From contig DASTNI010000041.1 of the NCBI GenBank assembly GCA_035720985.1, forward strand, positions 106,740-170,739: DNA of 64,000 nucleotides. Direction: 5' to 3'. This document shows positions 17,733 through 27,037 of this stretch, piece by piece. The notes below the pieces were generated by a model. It was not told the origin of the DNA. It saw nothing but the letters and a program-made list of their open reading frames with translations, and made no database searches. The DNA comes from Rhodanobacteraceae bacterium (GTDB lineage Bacteria > Pseudomonadota > Gammaproteobacteria > Xanthomonadales > Rhodanobacteraceae). A program made the position numbers and the translations under genes. Position 1 is the stretch's first letter. Each line of letters begins with the position of its first letter.

Positions 17733-19993
17733 TTCGCCCTCTCGGTGGCCGTTGCCCCACGGCCGAACTTGCGCAACCCGGACAGCAGCTTTTGCCAGGC
17801 GCGGTCGATGATACCGCCATCATTGTCCGCCATGGGATGCACCTGGCCACGCGCCATCAGCCGCGCGATCTGTTCCAGCGTGCGCTCCGGCGCCGCCGCG
17901 CCGCGCACGTTGACCAGCAGGCAGCGCCCGGTACCCGGCGAATACCACGCGAGCTTGCGCGCGATCTTCTGCCCCTGCTGGTTGACCGTGAATTCCAGCC
18001 AGCTTCCGAATGGCAGCGCCTTCAGTGTCTCGAGCGCCTTGCGTTCGGTGGGCGTCAGCGCGAGCTTGCGCGGGCCGGCCGGCGCTTCGGTGGTGTCGCG
18101 CTGGGTCTTCTGACGCGACTTCAGCCGGATCAGCAATTCGGTCTGGCTGGGTGGTTGGGGCGTGCCGGGTGCGGGGGCCGCCGGCGGCAGTTCCAGCGCG
18201 TAGCGCGTGATCTGGTCGGCTTCGCTGGCCTGCAGCCCGACCTGCGTCAAGCCGTGGTTGAGATCGGCCGCCAGGCGTTCGTCGTCGCGCGTCGGCGAGG
18301 GCTCCAGGACCTGCTCGATCACCGCGAGGCGCCGCCGCCAGGCCTCGCTGTTTTCGCCCTGGCGCAGCAGCGTGAGGGTGAGCGCATCGCTCCACGCGTG
18401 CTCCAACAGCGCACGCACCAGCGGCGTGACGCGCCGCCGGCCCAGGCGCTTGTCGATCGCGGCGCGCGCGGTGGCGCGCGCGGCCCGCAGTCGATCGCGC
18501 CCCTGCGCCGCTTCGACTTGGCGGCGTTCGGCGATTTCCGCCCGCCGCGACAGCAGGCGCAGGTGCGCATCGAGATCGTCCGCGGCCCGCTCGATGACGT
18601 CGAGGTTGCCGTCGAACCCGGTGGCGACCTGCTGCACGCTGCGCTGCAGGCGCTGGTTGAGCGCCGTGTCGAACGCGCCGTCGCTGCGGTCCAGCCACAG
18701 GTTGGCGGTTTCGAGCACGGTGTTGAGCAGCCGCCGTGCAGGATGCTCGCGCACCGTGAAGAAGCGGTTGTCGGCCAACGCCACCCGCAGCAGCGGCACC
18801 TGCAGCCCGGCCAGCATCTGCTGCGCCGCGCCCTGCTCGCGCGTCTCGGCCAGCAGCTGGTCGTACAACAGGCCGATCAGGTCCAGCGCGTCGCGGTGTT
18901 CGGGCTGCAGCCGCGGCGCGAGGTGGTCGGATCGGTGCCGCTTGAGTTCGACCATGAGGTCGTTGGCAAGGTGCTTGCCGGCGTTCGCGTCGGTGCGCCG
19001 CGATGGCATCGCCTGCAGTGCCGCCAGGGCCTCCTGGAGCTGCGGCATGGACGCGAACTCGCTGGCCTGCGCCGCCGCAGCGTCGGGCGCCAACGCACGC
19101 CGACGTGCATCCAGCAGCGTGTGCAGGGTGGCCATGTCGGGTGGCGCGGCGTCGGGCGGCGCAGGCATGGGGTTGGCGCCGTAAGGCGAGAAATCCGTCG
19201 CCGGTGCAATGGGACCCTCCGCGACGTGGGTGTCCGGGCCCGGCGCCGGAACCGGGCCCGCGCCGGACTCGGTGGCGGCGCGGCGTGGCAGATAGGAGCG
19301 CAGGTGCGGCAGGATACCGCCCTCGCGCAGGGCGTTGTTGAGGTGCGTGTAAAGCGTGTCGGCGGCGGCGGACAGGCGCCGATCGCACAGGCGATAGAAC
19401 AGCAGGCGATGTTCGCGTGAAAGCCCCAGGGTCGGCGCCGCCTTGCCGAGGACGTCGGCCAGCACGTGGGGCCCAGGCGGCAGCGCGTCGGTTTCCAGCG
19501 GGGGCATCTCGAGCAGCACCGCGTAGCGGTGGCACAACTCGAACAGCGCGTTGCTGACATGCAGCTCGATGCGCGTGGACAGGTCACCCAGCGCCATCGT
19601 TTCGTCGAATTCGTGCGGGTCGACCAGCGCCAGATCCGCAGGACCCCGCGGCGTGGTCGACGCGCCCGCGTCATCGAGGCTGTCGCCGGCCGTCGCGAAG
19701 CGCTGCTCGAGTTGCGCCACGATGTAGGCGTGGAAGCCGGGGCGCGTGCGCCGCGTTTCGCGCAGCCCTTCGAGCGCCTCGTGCTGCGCCTGGCCACCGC
19801 TGGATTGCTCGGCGATGCGGAACAGCTCGTGCTCGAGGTCGTCCAGCGCGCCGCGCACCGGGACTTCCAGCAGCTCGCCGCAGTCGGCCAGTTGCGTCGC
19901 CAGCAGCCGACGCACGCGCGGCGCAAGGTCGGTGCGCGCTGCGATTGTCGGCGTCATTGGCTGCATGCGGACGGGCCCCCGGGGCGTACCCAT
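17729..19993 (-). CDS. DUF1631 family protein
   Basis: 754 aa, Ala/Leu/Arg-rich helical protein with the layout I associate with DUF1631 (N-terminal ...LDDLEHELFRIAEQ..., C-terminal ...GSWLEFTVNQQGQKIARKLAWYSPGTGRCLLVNVRG...). The family assignment is from memory. Confidence 0.75.
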   Translation of the reverse strand: MGTPRGPVRMQPMTPTIAARTDLAPRVRRLLATQLADCGELLEVPVRGALDDLEHELFRIAEQSSGGQAQHEALEGLRETRRTRPGFHAYIVAQLEQRFATAGDSLDDAGASTTPRGPADLALVDPHEFDETMALGDLSTRIELHVSNALFELCHRYAVLLEMPPLETDALPPGPHVLADVLGKAAPTLGLSREHRLLFYRLCDRRLSAAADTLYTHLNNALREGGILPHLRSYLPRRAATESGAGPVPAPGPDTHVAEGPIAPATDFSPYGANPMPAPPDAAPPDMATLHTLLDARRRALAPDAAAAQASEFASMPQLQEALAALQAMPSRRTDANAGKHLANDLMVELKRHRSDHLAPRLQPEHRDALDLIGLLYDQLLAETREQGAAQQMLAGLQVPLLRVALADNRFFTVREHPARRLLNTVLETANLWLDRSDGAFDTALNQRLQRSVQQVATGFDGNLDVIERAADDLDAHLRLLSRRAEIAERRQVEAAQGRDRLRAARATARAAIDKRLGRRRVTPLVRALLEHAWSDALTLTLLRQGENSEAWRRRLAVIEQVLEPSPTRDDERLAADLNHGLTQVGLQASEADQITRYALELPPAAPAPGTPQPPSQTELLIRLKSRQKTQRDTTEAPAGPRKLALTPTERKALETLKALPFGSWLEFTVNQQGQKIARKLAWYSPGTGRCLLVNVRGAAAPERTLEQIARLMARGQVHPMADNDGGIIDRAWQKLLSGLRKFGRGATATERAK

Positions 19994-20066
19994 GCAAGCG
20001 CCTTGCCATGCACATGCGATGCCCGTCGCGCGATTCTAGGGAAGCCGCGCCGAAAGCGCCACGGTG

Positions 20067-20249
20067 CTAGTCGTCACCCGTACGCACGTCGATCGTGAAG
20101 GCTTCGGCTTCGACTTCGACGTGCACCTGCATCGGATGGCAGCACACCGGGCAATCCTCGACGTAGCGCGCCGATCCGGCCGAAGTGTCGACGGCCAGTT
20201 CGATCGGCTCGCCGCAGTAGGGGCAGGTGACTTCGGCAAGTTCAGGCAT
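20067..20249 (-). CDS. CPXCG-motif cysteine-rich (zinc-ribbon) small protein
   Basis: 60 aa: MPELAEVTCPYCGEPIELAVDTSAGSARYVEDCPVCCHPMQVHVEVEAEAFTIDVRTGDD. The two Cys pairs are CPYC and CPVCC. The start overlaps the hemW 3' end by 8 nt. Confidence 0.7.
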   Translation of the reverse strand: MPELAEVTCPYCGEPIELAVDTSAGSARYVEDCPVCCHPMQVHVEVEAEAFTIDVRTGDD

Positions 20250-21435
20250 GGGCAGGCGGTCCGGCGGGTGGCATGAAGCTTTCGATGACGTCGTTGAGGA
20301 AACGCTGGCCGAGCGCGGTGGTCTGCAGGCGGTCGGCGTCGGCCGTGATCCAGTCGCGTTGGCGCGCGCGCGCCAGCGGCGTCGCGATGGCGGTGAGCGG
20401 CAGGCCCGTGCGTTCGCTGAAGTTGGCGAGCGGCACGCCATCGACCAGGCGCAGTGCGTTCAGCATGAACTCGAAGGGCAATTGCTCGGACGCGATCACC
20501 GCCTCGCCGCCGATGCGGCGCGCGCTGCCGTGGCGCTGCAGGTACGCGCGCGGCGAGCGGACCTTCCAGCGCCGCTGCACGACGGGACCTGCGGCGCCGC
20601 AGCGGGTGAGCTTGCCGTGCGCACCGGCACCGATGCCGAGGTAGTCGCCAAACTCCCAGTAGTTGAGGTTGTGGCGGCAGCGCCGGTTGGGCCGGGCGTA
20701 GGCCGAGATTTCGTATTGCCCGTAGCCGGCGGCCGCGAGCTGTGCCTGACAGGCTTCCTGCATGTCCCAGGCCGTGTCCGCGTCCGGCACCGGCGGCGGG
20801 TGGCGCCCGAAGGGCGTGCCCGATTCCAGCGTGAGCTGGTAGTGCGAGATGTGGGTGGGCGCCAGCGCGATGGCGTGCTCGACGTCCGCCAGCGCCTGCG
20901 CCGGCGACTGCCGTGGCAGCGCGTACATCAAGTCGAGGTTGACGTTGGCGAAGCCCGCCGCGCGCGCCTGTCGATACGCGTCTTCCGCATCGCTGGCCGA
21001 GTGCACGCGGCCGAGCGCGCCGAGCTCCCGATCCGCGAAGCTCTGCACGCCCAGGCTGATGCGGTTGACGCCGGCGGCGCGGTAACCCTCGAATTTGCCG
21101 TGCTCGACCGTGCCGGGGTTGGTTTCCAGCGTGACTTCGCAATCCGGCGCGAATGCCAGGCGCCGCGCGGCGCCGTCGAGGATCGCGCCGATCGCGCCCG
21201 GGGCGAACAGGCTGGGCGTGCCGCCGCCGAAGAAGACGCTGGTCAGCGCCCGCCCGCGCACCGCGTCGCCGAAGTCGGCCAGATCGGCATCCAGATCGGC
21301 CAGCAGCGCCGCGACGTAGGCATCCACCGGCATGTCGTCGTGCAGCGTGTGCGAGTTGAAATCGCAGTACGGGCACTTCTTCACGCACCAGGGAATGTGG
21401 ATGTACAGCGACAGGGGTGGCGGCGTGCACGCCAT
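20242..21435 (-). CDS. hemW: Radical SAM heme chaperone HemW (coproporphyrinogen III oxidase-like)
   Basis: 397 aa. The N-terminal radical SAM motif is LYIHIPWCVKKCPYCDFNS. HemN-like body. Confidence 0.9.
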   Translation of the reverse strand: MACTPPPLSLYIHIPWCVKKCPYCDFNSHTLHDDMPVDAYVAALLADLDADLADFGDAVRGRALTSVFFGGGTPSLFAPGAIGAILDGAARRLAFAPDCEVTLETNPGTVEHGKFEGYRAAGVNRISLGVQSFADRELGALGRVHSASDAEDAYRQARAAGFANVNLDLMYALPRQSPAQALADVEHAIALAPTHISHYQLTLESGTPFGRHPPPVPDADTAWDMQEACQAQLAAAGYGQYEISAYARPNRRCRHNLNYWEFGDYLGIGAGAHGKLTRCGAAGPVVQRRWKVRSPRAYLQRHGSARRIGGEAVIASEQLPFEFMLNALRLVDGVPLANFSERTGLPLTAIATPLARARQRDWITADADRLQTTALGQRFLNDVIESFMPPAGPPAHA

Positions 21436-21438
21436 GAT

Positions 21439-22071
21439 CTAGGCCGGTGTGCGCGCCACCGCGTCGTCGTGGTCCAGCGCCGCGCGCAGGCGTGCCAGTG
21501 CAAGGGCACGATGGCTGATGTGGTTCTTGATGGCCGGGTCGAGCTCGCCGCCCGACCGGCCGCCGCCATCGTCGGGCAGGAACAGCGGGTCGTAGCCAAA
21601 ACCGTGCGTGCCGCGCCGCGCGCGCAGCACGCGTCCGGGCCAGCGCCCCGTCGCGATGATGGGGTCGGGATCGGCGGCGCTCCGCAGCAGCACCAGCACG
21701 CAGGTGTAGTGCGCGGTGCGCTGCGCGTCCGGTACGTCGGCCAGCGCGGCCAGCAGCTTGTCGTTGTTGGCTTCATCCGCGCCGTGCGCGCCGGCGTAGA
21801 TCGCCGAGTCGAGGCCCGGCGCGCCGCCCAGCGCATCGACGCAGATGCCCGAGTCGTCCGCGAGCGCCGCGAGGCCCGACGCGCGCGCGGCGTGGCGGGC
21901 CTTGATGATCGCGTTCTCGACGAAGGTGGTGCCGGTTTCCGGCGGGTCGGTCCGCACGAAGTTGCTGCGCGGAACCAGGGTGATGCCGGTGTCGGCCAGC
22001 AGCGCGCGCAACTCGGCGAGCTTGCCGGGATTGCCGCTGGCCAGCACGATGCGGAAGGGAGAATCAGGCAA
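21439..22071 (-). CDS. rdgB: dITP/XTP pyrophosphatase (RdgB/HAM1 family)
   Basis: The IVLASGNPGKLAEL motif lies near the N-terminus, and FGYDPLF is present. The start is uncertain: TTG at 22071 is chosen, while the ATG at 22110 would overlap the GNAT gene by 47 nt. Confidence 0.85.
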   Translation of the reverse strand: MPDSPFRIVLASGNPGKLAELRALLADTGITLVPRSNFVRTDPPETGTTFVENAIIKARHAARASGLAALADDSGICVDALGGAPGLDSAIYAGAHGADEANNDKLLAALADVPDAQRTAHYTCVLVLLRSAADPDPIIATGRWPGRVLRARRGTHGFGYDPLFLPDDGGGRSGGELDPAIKNHISHRALALARLRAALDHDDAVARTPA

Positions 22072-22573
22072 GACGATCGAACTCCGGTGCGTAGTCGACC
22101 TGGCCACCATAGCCCGCCAGGCCCGTGGGCTTCAGCGCCAGCGCCATGAAAGCGTCGCCGCCCCCAAAGGTATCGTGGAGGCCGAACGTGCCGGCGGCGC
22201 GGAACCCGAACCGCTGGTAGTACGCCGGATCGCCCAGCACCACCACCATCCGGTACGGCCCCGTCTTCAGCGTCATGAGCGCGGCCTGCACCAGCGCGCT
22301 GCCGACGCCCTGGCGCTGGTGTTCGGGCGCGACCGCGAGTGGCGCGAGGCCGACGGCCAATCCGTCGTCGCCGCGTTCCACCAGTACCGGCGAAAAAAGA
22401 ATGTGGCCGACGATCGAGCCCTCGCGCTCGGCCGCGAGTTCGTAGGCACTGCGGTGCGCGGCACGCAGGGACGCCACGAGCTCGGCCTCGTCCAGACGCC
22501 CGAAGGCGGCGCGGTGGAGTTCGTACAGCGCCTGCGATTCGAACGGCTGCGCCGGGCGGATCCGCGTGGGCAC
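22064..22573 (-). CDS. GNAT family N-acetyltransferase
   Basis: 169 aa. The acetyl-CoA binding motif is LAVAPEHQRQGVGSALV, and YYQRFGF is the typical C-terminal motif. Confidence 0.85.
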   Translation of the reverse strand: MPTRIRPAQPFESQALYELHRAAFGRLDEAELVASLRAAHRSAYELAAEREGSIVGHILFSPVLVERGDDGLAVGLAPLAVAPEHQRQGVGSALVQAALMTLKTGPYRMVVVLGDPAYYQRFGFRAAGTFGLHDTFGGGDAFMALALKPTGLAGYGGQVDYAPEFDRLA

Positions 22574-22576
22574 GCT

Positions 22577-23305
22577 TCAGCCTTCCGCCAATGCCTTGCG
22601 CTGGGCCTCGATCAATTCATCGATGCCTTTGTTGGCCAGCGCCAGCAGGGCGTCGAGCTCATCGCGGCGGAACGCGTGGCCTTCGGCGGTGCCCTGCAGT
22701 TCGACGAAGCCGCCGCCGTCGTTCATCACCACGTTCATGTCGGTGTCGCAGTGGGAATCCTCGACGTAATCGAGATCCAGCACGGGCGACCCCTGATACA
22801 CGCCCACCGACACCGCTGCGATGGCGCCGTGGATCGGATCGCGCTTGAGCACGCCGCGCTTCCGGAGCGTGGCCACCGCGTCGACCAGCGCGACGTAGGC
22901 GCCAGTGATCGACGCGGTGCGCGTGCCACCGTCAGCCTGCAGCACGTCGCAATCGAGCGTGATGACCCGCTCGCCGAGCGCCGCGCGATCGACGCAGGCG
23001 CGCAGCGAGCGCCCGATCAGGCGCTGGATCTCGAGCGTGCGACCACCCTGCCGGCCGCGCGCAGCCTCGCGCTGCGTGCGTTCGCCCGTGGCCCGCGGCA
23101 GCATGCCGTATTCAGCCGTGACCCAGCCTTCGCCCTTGCCGCGCAGCCAGGGTGGCACGCGGTCCTCGACGCTGGCCGTGCACAGCACGCGGGTGTCGCC
23201 GCAGGCGATCAGCACCGAACCTTCGGCGTGCTTGGTGTAGTGGCGGGTGATGGAAACGGCGCGCAGCGCGTCGGGCGCGCGTCCGGAAGGGCGATGGGTG
23301 GTCAT
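22577..23305 (-). CDS. rph: Ribonuclease PH
   Basis: 242 aa. [28 protein letters not shown] and [19 protein letters not shown] are present. Confidence 0.95.
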   Translation of the reverse strand: MTTHRPSGRAPDALRAVSITRHYTKHAEGSVLIACGDTRVLCTASVEDRVPPWLRGKGEGWVTAEYGMLPRATGERTQREAARGRQGGRTLEIQRLIGRSLRACVDRAALGERVITLDCDVLQADGGTRTASITGAYVALVDAVATLRKRGVLKRDPIHGAIAAVSVGVYQGSPVLDLDYVEDSHCDTDMNVVMNDGGGFVELQGTAEGHAFRRDELDALLALANKGIDELIEAQRKALAEG

Positions 23306-23367
23306 CTGGGGTGATTCGAAACCGAAGCCGCAAGTTTAGCAGGCGGGCCTGGCGGCCGCGGTCGCGT

Positions 23368-23396
23368 TTGACTATGGACGTCCAGACGCCTACGCT
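23368..23396 (+). promoter_or_regulatory. Candidate promoter of the metE leader (TTGACT-17 nt-TACGCT)
   Basis: TTGACT lies at 23368-23373 and TACGCT at 23391-23396. The spacer is exactly the shared ATGGACGTCCAGACG motif plus CC. Confidence 0.35.
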
Positions 23397-23399
23397 CGC

Positions 23400-23575
23400 C
23401 CCGTTGTCGGTGCCGCGTTCGCGCGGCTCAAAAGGGAACCCGGTGCGATTCCGGGGCTGCCCCGCAGCGGTAAGTGGAAACGATGTCCGTCATGGCACTG
23501 GGCCACCGCCCGGGAAGCGACGGATGGTAGGTGGGTGAAGACCCGCGTCCACGAGCCCGAAGACCTGCCGCAACC
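23400..23575 (+). promoter_or_regulatory. Cobalamin (AdoCbl/B12) riboswitch
   Basis: Conserved core: GGTGCCGCG ... AAAAGGGAACCCGGTGCGATTCCGGGGCTGCCCCGCAGCGGTAAG ... The B12 box AGCCCGAAGACCTGCC lies at 23554-23569. Located upstream of cobalamin-independent metE. Confidence 0.85.
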
Positions 23576-23773
23576 GGATGGCGATGCCCATCCGTTCGAC
23601 CTGGGATTTCCGCGGGGAAATCGGCCGGGATGCGGGGGTTCCTTGACATGGAACAGCCGTCGTCCGCTCCGATTCCCGCAGTATTCCGGTTTCGCCCGTG
23701 GGGGGCGAAGGTCGGGTCGCGCGTGCGCGGCTTGCTTTCGTCCTTATCTGGAACGCACGCAGAGGATGAAGTC

Positions 23774-26065
23774 ATGAGTGAGGTCACCTGTCTTGGATTT
23801 CCGCGCATCGGCCGCCGGCGCGAGCTGAAGAAGGCGTTGGAGCAATACTGGGGCGGCAAGCTTGACGGGGCCGCACTCCAGGCGACCGCGCGTACGCTGC
23901 GCCAGCGGCACTGGGAGCAGCAGCGTGCGGCGGGTGCGGACAGCGTCCCGGTCAACGATTTCTCGCTGTACGACACCACGCTCGACACCGCGTGGCTGTT
24001 CGATGCGGTCCCGGAGCGCTATCGCGAGGTCGCTGCGCAGGACCCGCTCGCGGGCTACTTTGCCAGCGCGCGCGGCTACCACGCCAATGGCCACGACCTG
24101 CACGCGCTGGAAATGACCAAGTGGTTCGACACCAACTATCACTATCTCGTGCCCGAGCTGCGTCGCGGCCAGAAGTTCGCGCTGCGCGGCGATAGGCCGG
24201 TGGCGGAATTCCTGGAAGCCAAGGCGCTCGGCTTCAAGGCGCGGCCGGTGCTGCTGGGGCCGGTGTCGTTCCTGCTGCTGGCGAAGCCGGTCGATGGTTC
24301 GGATCGTTTCGCGGGGCTCGATTCGCTCATCGAGGCCTACGGCGGGCTCCTGGCCAAGCTCAAGGCCGCGGGCGCGGAGTGGGTGCAGATCGACGAACCC
24401 TGCCTGGTGCTGGATCTCGACGAGGCGGCGCACCACGCGTTCCGCCGCGCGCACGAGGCGCTGGCGCAGGCACCGGGACCCAAGCGGCTCATCGCGACCT
24501 ACTTCGGCGCGCTGGCGGACAACCTGGGATTGGCGGCGGCCTTGCCGGCCGATGGCCTGCACATCGATCTGGTACGCGCGCCGCAGCAGCTGGACGCGGT
24601 GCTCACCGCGCTGCCGGCCGAGCGCGTGCTCTCGCTTGGGCTCGTCGACGGGCGCAACGTCTGGCGCGCGGATCTGGACGCCGCGCTGGCGCTTGCCAGG
24701 CGCGCCGAACAGAAGCGCGGTGCCGACAAGCTGTGGCTGGCGCCGTCGTGCTCGCTGCTGCACGTGCCCTACGACGCCGCCGATGAGGACGCGCTCGAGC
24801 CCGACATTCGCGGCTGGCTCGCGTTCGCCACGCAGAAGCTCGAAGAGCTGCGCGTGGTGGCCGATGCGCTGGCAGGCGATGCCGCCGCCGCGGCCGCGAT
24901 TGCGGCCCAGCGTGGCGTGCTGGGCCAGCGCAAGCACTCGAAGTGGGCGGTCGATCCGGCCGTCCGCCAGCGGCTCGCGGCGGTGACGCCCGCGATGTTG
25001 AAACGCCGGTCGCCCTACGCCATTCGCCGGCCCCAACAAGTGGCCGCGTTGCACCTGCCGGTATTGCCGACCACGACGATCGGTTCCTTCCCGCAGACCG
25101 AGGACGTGCGCAAGGCGCGCGCCGCGCACCGCGCGGGCAAGCTTTCGGATCAGGATTACCGGAAGTTCCTCGAGCAGGCGACCCGCGACGCCGTCGCCGA
25201 GCAGGAAAAGCTCGGCATCGACGTGCTGGTGCACGGCGAGTTCGAGCGCAACGACATGGTCGAGTACTTCGGCGAGCAGCTCGACGGCTTCGTGTTCACC
25301 CGCCACGGCTGGGTGCAGAGCTACGGCTCGCGCTGCGTCAAGCCGCCGATCATCTTCGGCGACGTCAGTCGCCCGCACCCGATGACGGTCGACTGGATCA
25401 AGTTCGCGCAGTCGCTCACCAAGCACCCGATGAAGGCGATGCTGACCGGGCCGGTGACGATCCTGAAGTGGTCGTTCGTGCGTGACGATCAGCCGCGCGC
25501 CGACACCTGCCGGCAGATCGCGCTGGCGCTGCGCGACGAGGTGCAGGACCTCGAAGCCGCCGGCATCAAGATCATCCAAATCGACGAGCCCGCGTTTCGC
25601 GAGGGCCTGCCGCTGCGCCGGCGCGACTGGAAACCGTACCTCGCGTGGGCGGTGGACGGTTTTCGCCTGGCGGTGTCGGGTGTGCGGGATGAAACGCAGA
25701 TCCACACGCACATGTGCTACTCGGAGTTCGGCGACATCATCGAATCGATCGCGGCGATGGATGCCGACGTGATTTCGATGGAAACCTCGCGTTCGCGGAT
25801 GGAGCTCCTGGACGCGTTCGCCGGCTTCCATTACCCCAACGAGATCGGCCCGGGCGTCTACGACATCCACTCGCCACGGGTGCCGGACGTCGCCGAAATG
25901 ACCGACCTGCTGCACCGCGCGCGCAAGGTGCTGAAGGCCGATCAGATCTGGGTCAACCCGGACTGTGGCCTCAAGACCCGCAAGTGGCCCGAGGTCGAGG
26001 CCTCGCTGGCGCGCATGGTGAGCGCGGCCAAGGCATTGCGCCAGGAAATCCAGCACGGCGCGTAG
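23774..26065 (+). CDS. metE: Cobalamin-independent methionine synthase
   Basis: ATG at 23774 (MSEVTCLGFPRIGRRRELKKALEQYW...). 763 aa. The C-terminal Zn-site region reads HTHMCYSEF ... NPDCGLKTR. Confidence 0.95.
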   Translation: MSEVTCLGFPRIGRRRELKKALEQYWGGKLDGAALQATARTLRQRHWEQQRAAGADSVPVNDFSLYDTTLDTAWLFDAVPERYREVAAQDPLAGYFASARGYHANGHDLHALEMTKWFDTNYHYLVPELRRGQKFALRGDRPVAEFLEAKALGFKARPVLLGPVSFLLLAKPVDGSDRFAGLDSLIEAYGGLLAKLKAAGAEWVQIDEPCLVLDLDEAAHHAFRRAHEALAQAPGPKRLIATYFGALADNLGLAAALPADGLHIDLVRAPQQLDAVLTALPAERVLSLGLVDGRNVWRADLDAALALARRAEQKRGADKLWLAPSCSLLHVPYDAADEDALEPDIRGWLAFATQKLEELRVVADALAGDAAAAAAIAAQRGVLGQRKHSKWAVDPAVRQRLAAVTPAMLKRRSPYAIRRPQQVAALHLPVLPTTTIGSFPQTEDVRKARAAHRAGKLSDQDYRKFLEQATRDAVAEQEKLGIDVLVHGEFERNDMVEYFGEQLDGFVFTRHGWVQSYGSRCVKPPIIFGDVSRPHPMTVDWIKFAQSLTKHPMKAMLTGPVTILKWSFVRDDQPRADTCRQIALALRDEVQDLEAAGIKIIQIDEPAFREGLPLRRRDWKPYLAWAVDGFRLAVSGVRDETQIHTHMCYSEFGDIIESIAAMDADVISMETSRSRMELLDAFAGFHYPNEIGPGVYDIHSPRVPDVAEMTDLLHRARKVLKADQIWVNPDCGLKTRKWPEVEASLARMVSAAKALRQEIQHGA

Positions 26066-26075
26066 GCCACGGGTG

Positions 26076-26110
26076 TCGCGGCTGCCGCGTGGGGCGGCAG
26101 CCGCGGTCGC
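26076..26110. repeat. REP-like GC hairpin related to the gltA-downstream repeat
   Basis: CGCGGCTGCCGC-loop-GCGGCAGCCGCG. The right arm GGCGGCAGCCGCGGTCGCC resembles GGAGCGGCGGCAGCCGCGACCG at 39305 and 39359. It lies just downstream of metE. Confidence 0.35.
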
Positions 26111-26176
26111 CTGGCGCTCGCAACCGCGGGCGGCAAACCTTTACCATCGCGGATTCCACGCCAGGGGAATTTCGCG

Positions 26177-27037
26177 ATGATCCGCAGCATGACCGCGTAC
26201 GCCAACCTCGAAGCCACTACGCCCGAGGGCTGGTTCGCGTGCGAGGTGCGCGCGGTCAATTCGCGCTTTCTCGAAACCGCGGTGCGGCTCCCCGACGAGC
26301 TGCGCACCCTGGAACCCCAGGTGCGCGAAATCGTCGGCGCGCGCCTGGCGCGCGGCAAGGTCGACGTCACGTTCCGCTATCGGCCGCCCGCGGTGGCCAC
26401 CGATCTGCTGCTCGACCCGCACACCGTCGCGCAGCTGGCGGCGATCGCCGACACGCTCAAGGCCAGCCTGCCGGGGCTCGCGACCGATTTTGCGGGGCTG
26501 CTCGATTGGCCTGGCCTGCTGGTCAAGCCCGGCCTCGACCCGGCCGGGCTGGCGCGCGCCGCACTCGATCTGCTGCAGCAGACGCTGGACGAATTCATCG
26601 CCGGGCGCGGGCGCGAAGGCGCCAAGCTGGCCGCCGCGCTGCGCGAGCGCGTCGACGCCATCGAGCGCATCGTCGCCGAGGTGCGTGCGACGCTGCCGAC
26701 GATCGGCGCCGCGCTCCGCGCCCGGCTCGAGGCGCGGCTGGCCGAGCTCGCGCAGCCCACCGATCCCGGGCGCCTCGAGCAGGAACTGGTGCTGCAGCTG
26801 TCGCGCCTGGACGTCGACGAGGAACTCGACCGGCTGGGCGCGCACATCGGTGAGGCCCGGCGCGTGCTGGCGCTGGACGAGCCGGTCGGCCGGCGCCTGG
26901 ATTTCCTGATGCAGGAGTTCAACCGCGAGTCCAACACGCTGGCGTCGAAGTCGATGGATACCCGCACCACCCGCGCGGCGGTCGACCTCAAGGTGCTGAT
27001 CGAGCAGCTGCGCGAACAGGTGCAGAACCTCGAATGA
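26177..27037 (+). CDS. yicC: YicC family stress-induced protein (endoribonuclease YicC-like)
   Basis: 286 aa. MIRSMTAYA ... EVRAVNSRFLE ... DFLMQEFNRESNTLASKS. Confidence 0.9.
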   Translation: MIRSMTAYANLEATTPEGWFACEVRAVNSRFLETAVRLPDELRTLEPQVREIVGARLARGKVDVTFRYRPPAVATDLLLDPHTVAQLAAIADTLKASLPGLATDFAGLLDWPGLLVKPGLDPAGLARAALDLLQQTLDEFIAGRGREGAKLAAALRERVDAIERIVAEVRATLPTIGAALRARLEARLAELAQPTDPGRLEQELVLQLSRLDVDEELDRLGAHIGEARRVLALDEPVGRRLDFLMQEFNRESNTLASKSMDTRTTRAAVDLKVLIEQLREQVQNLE

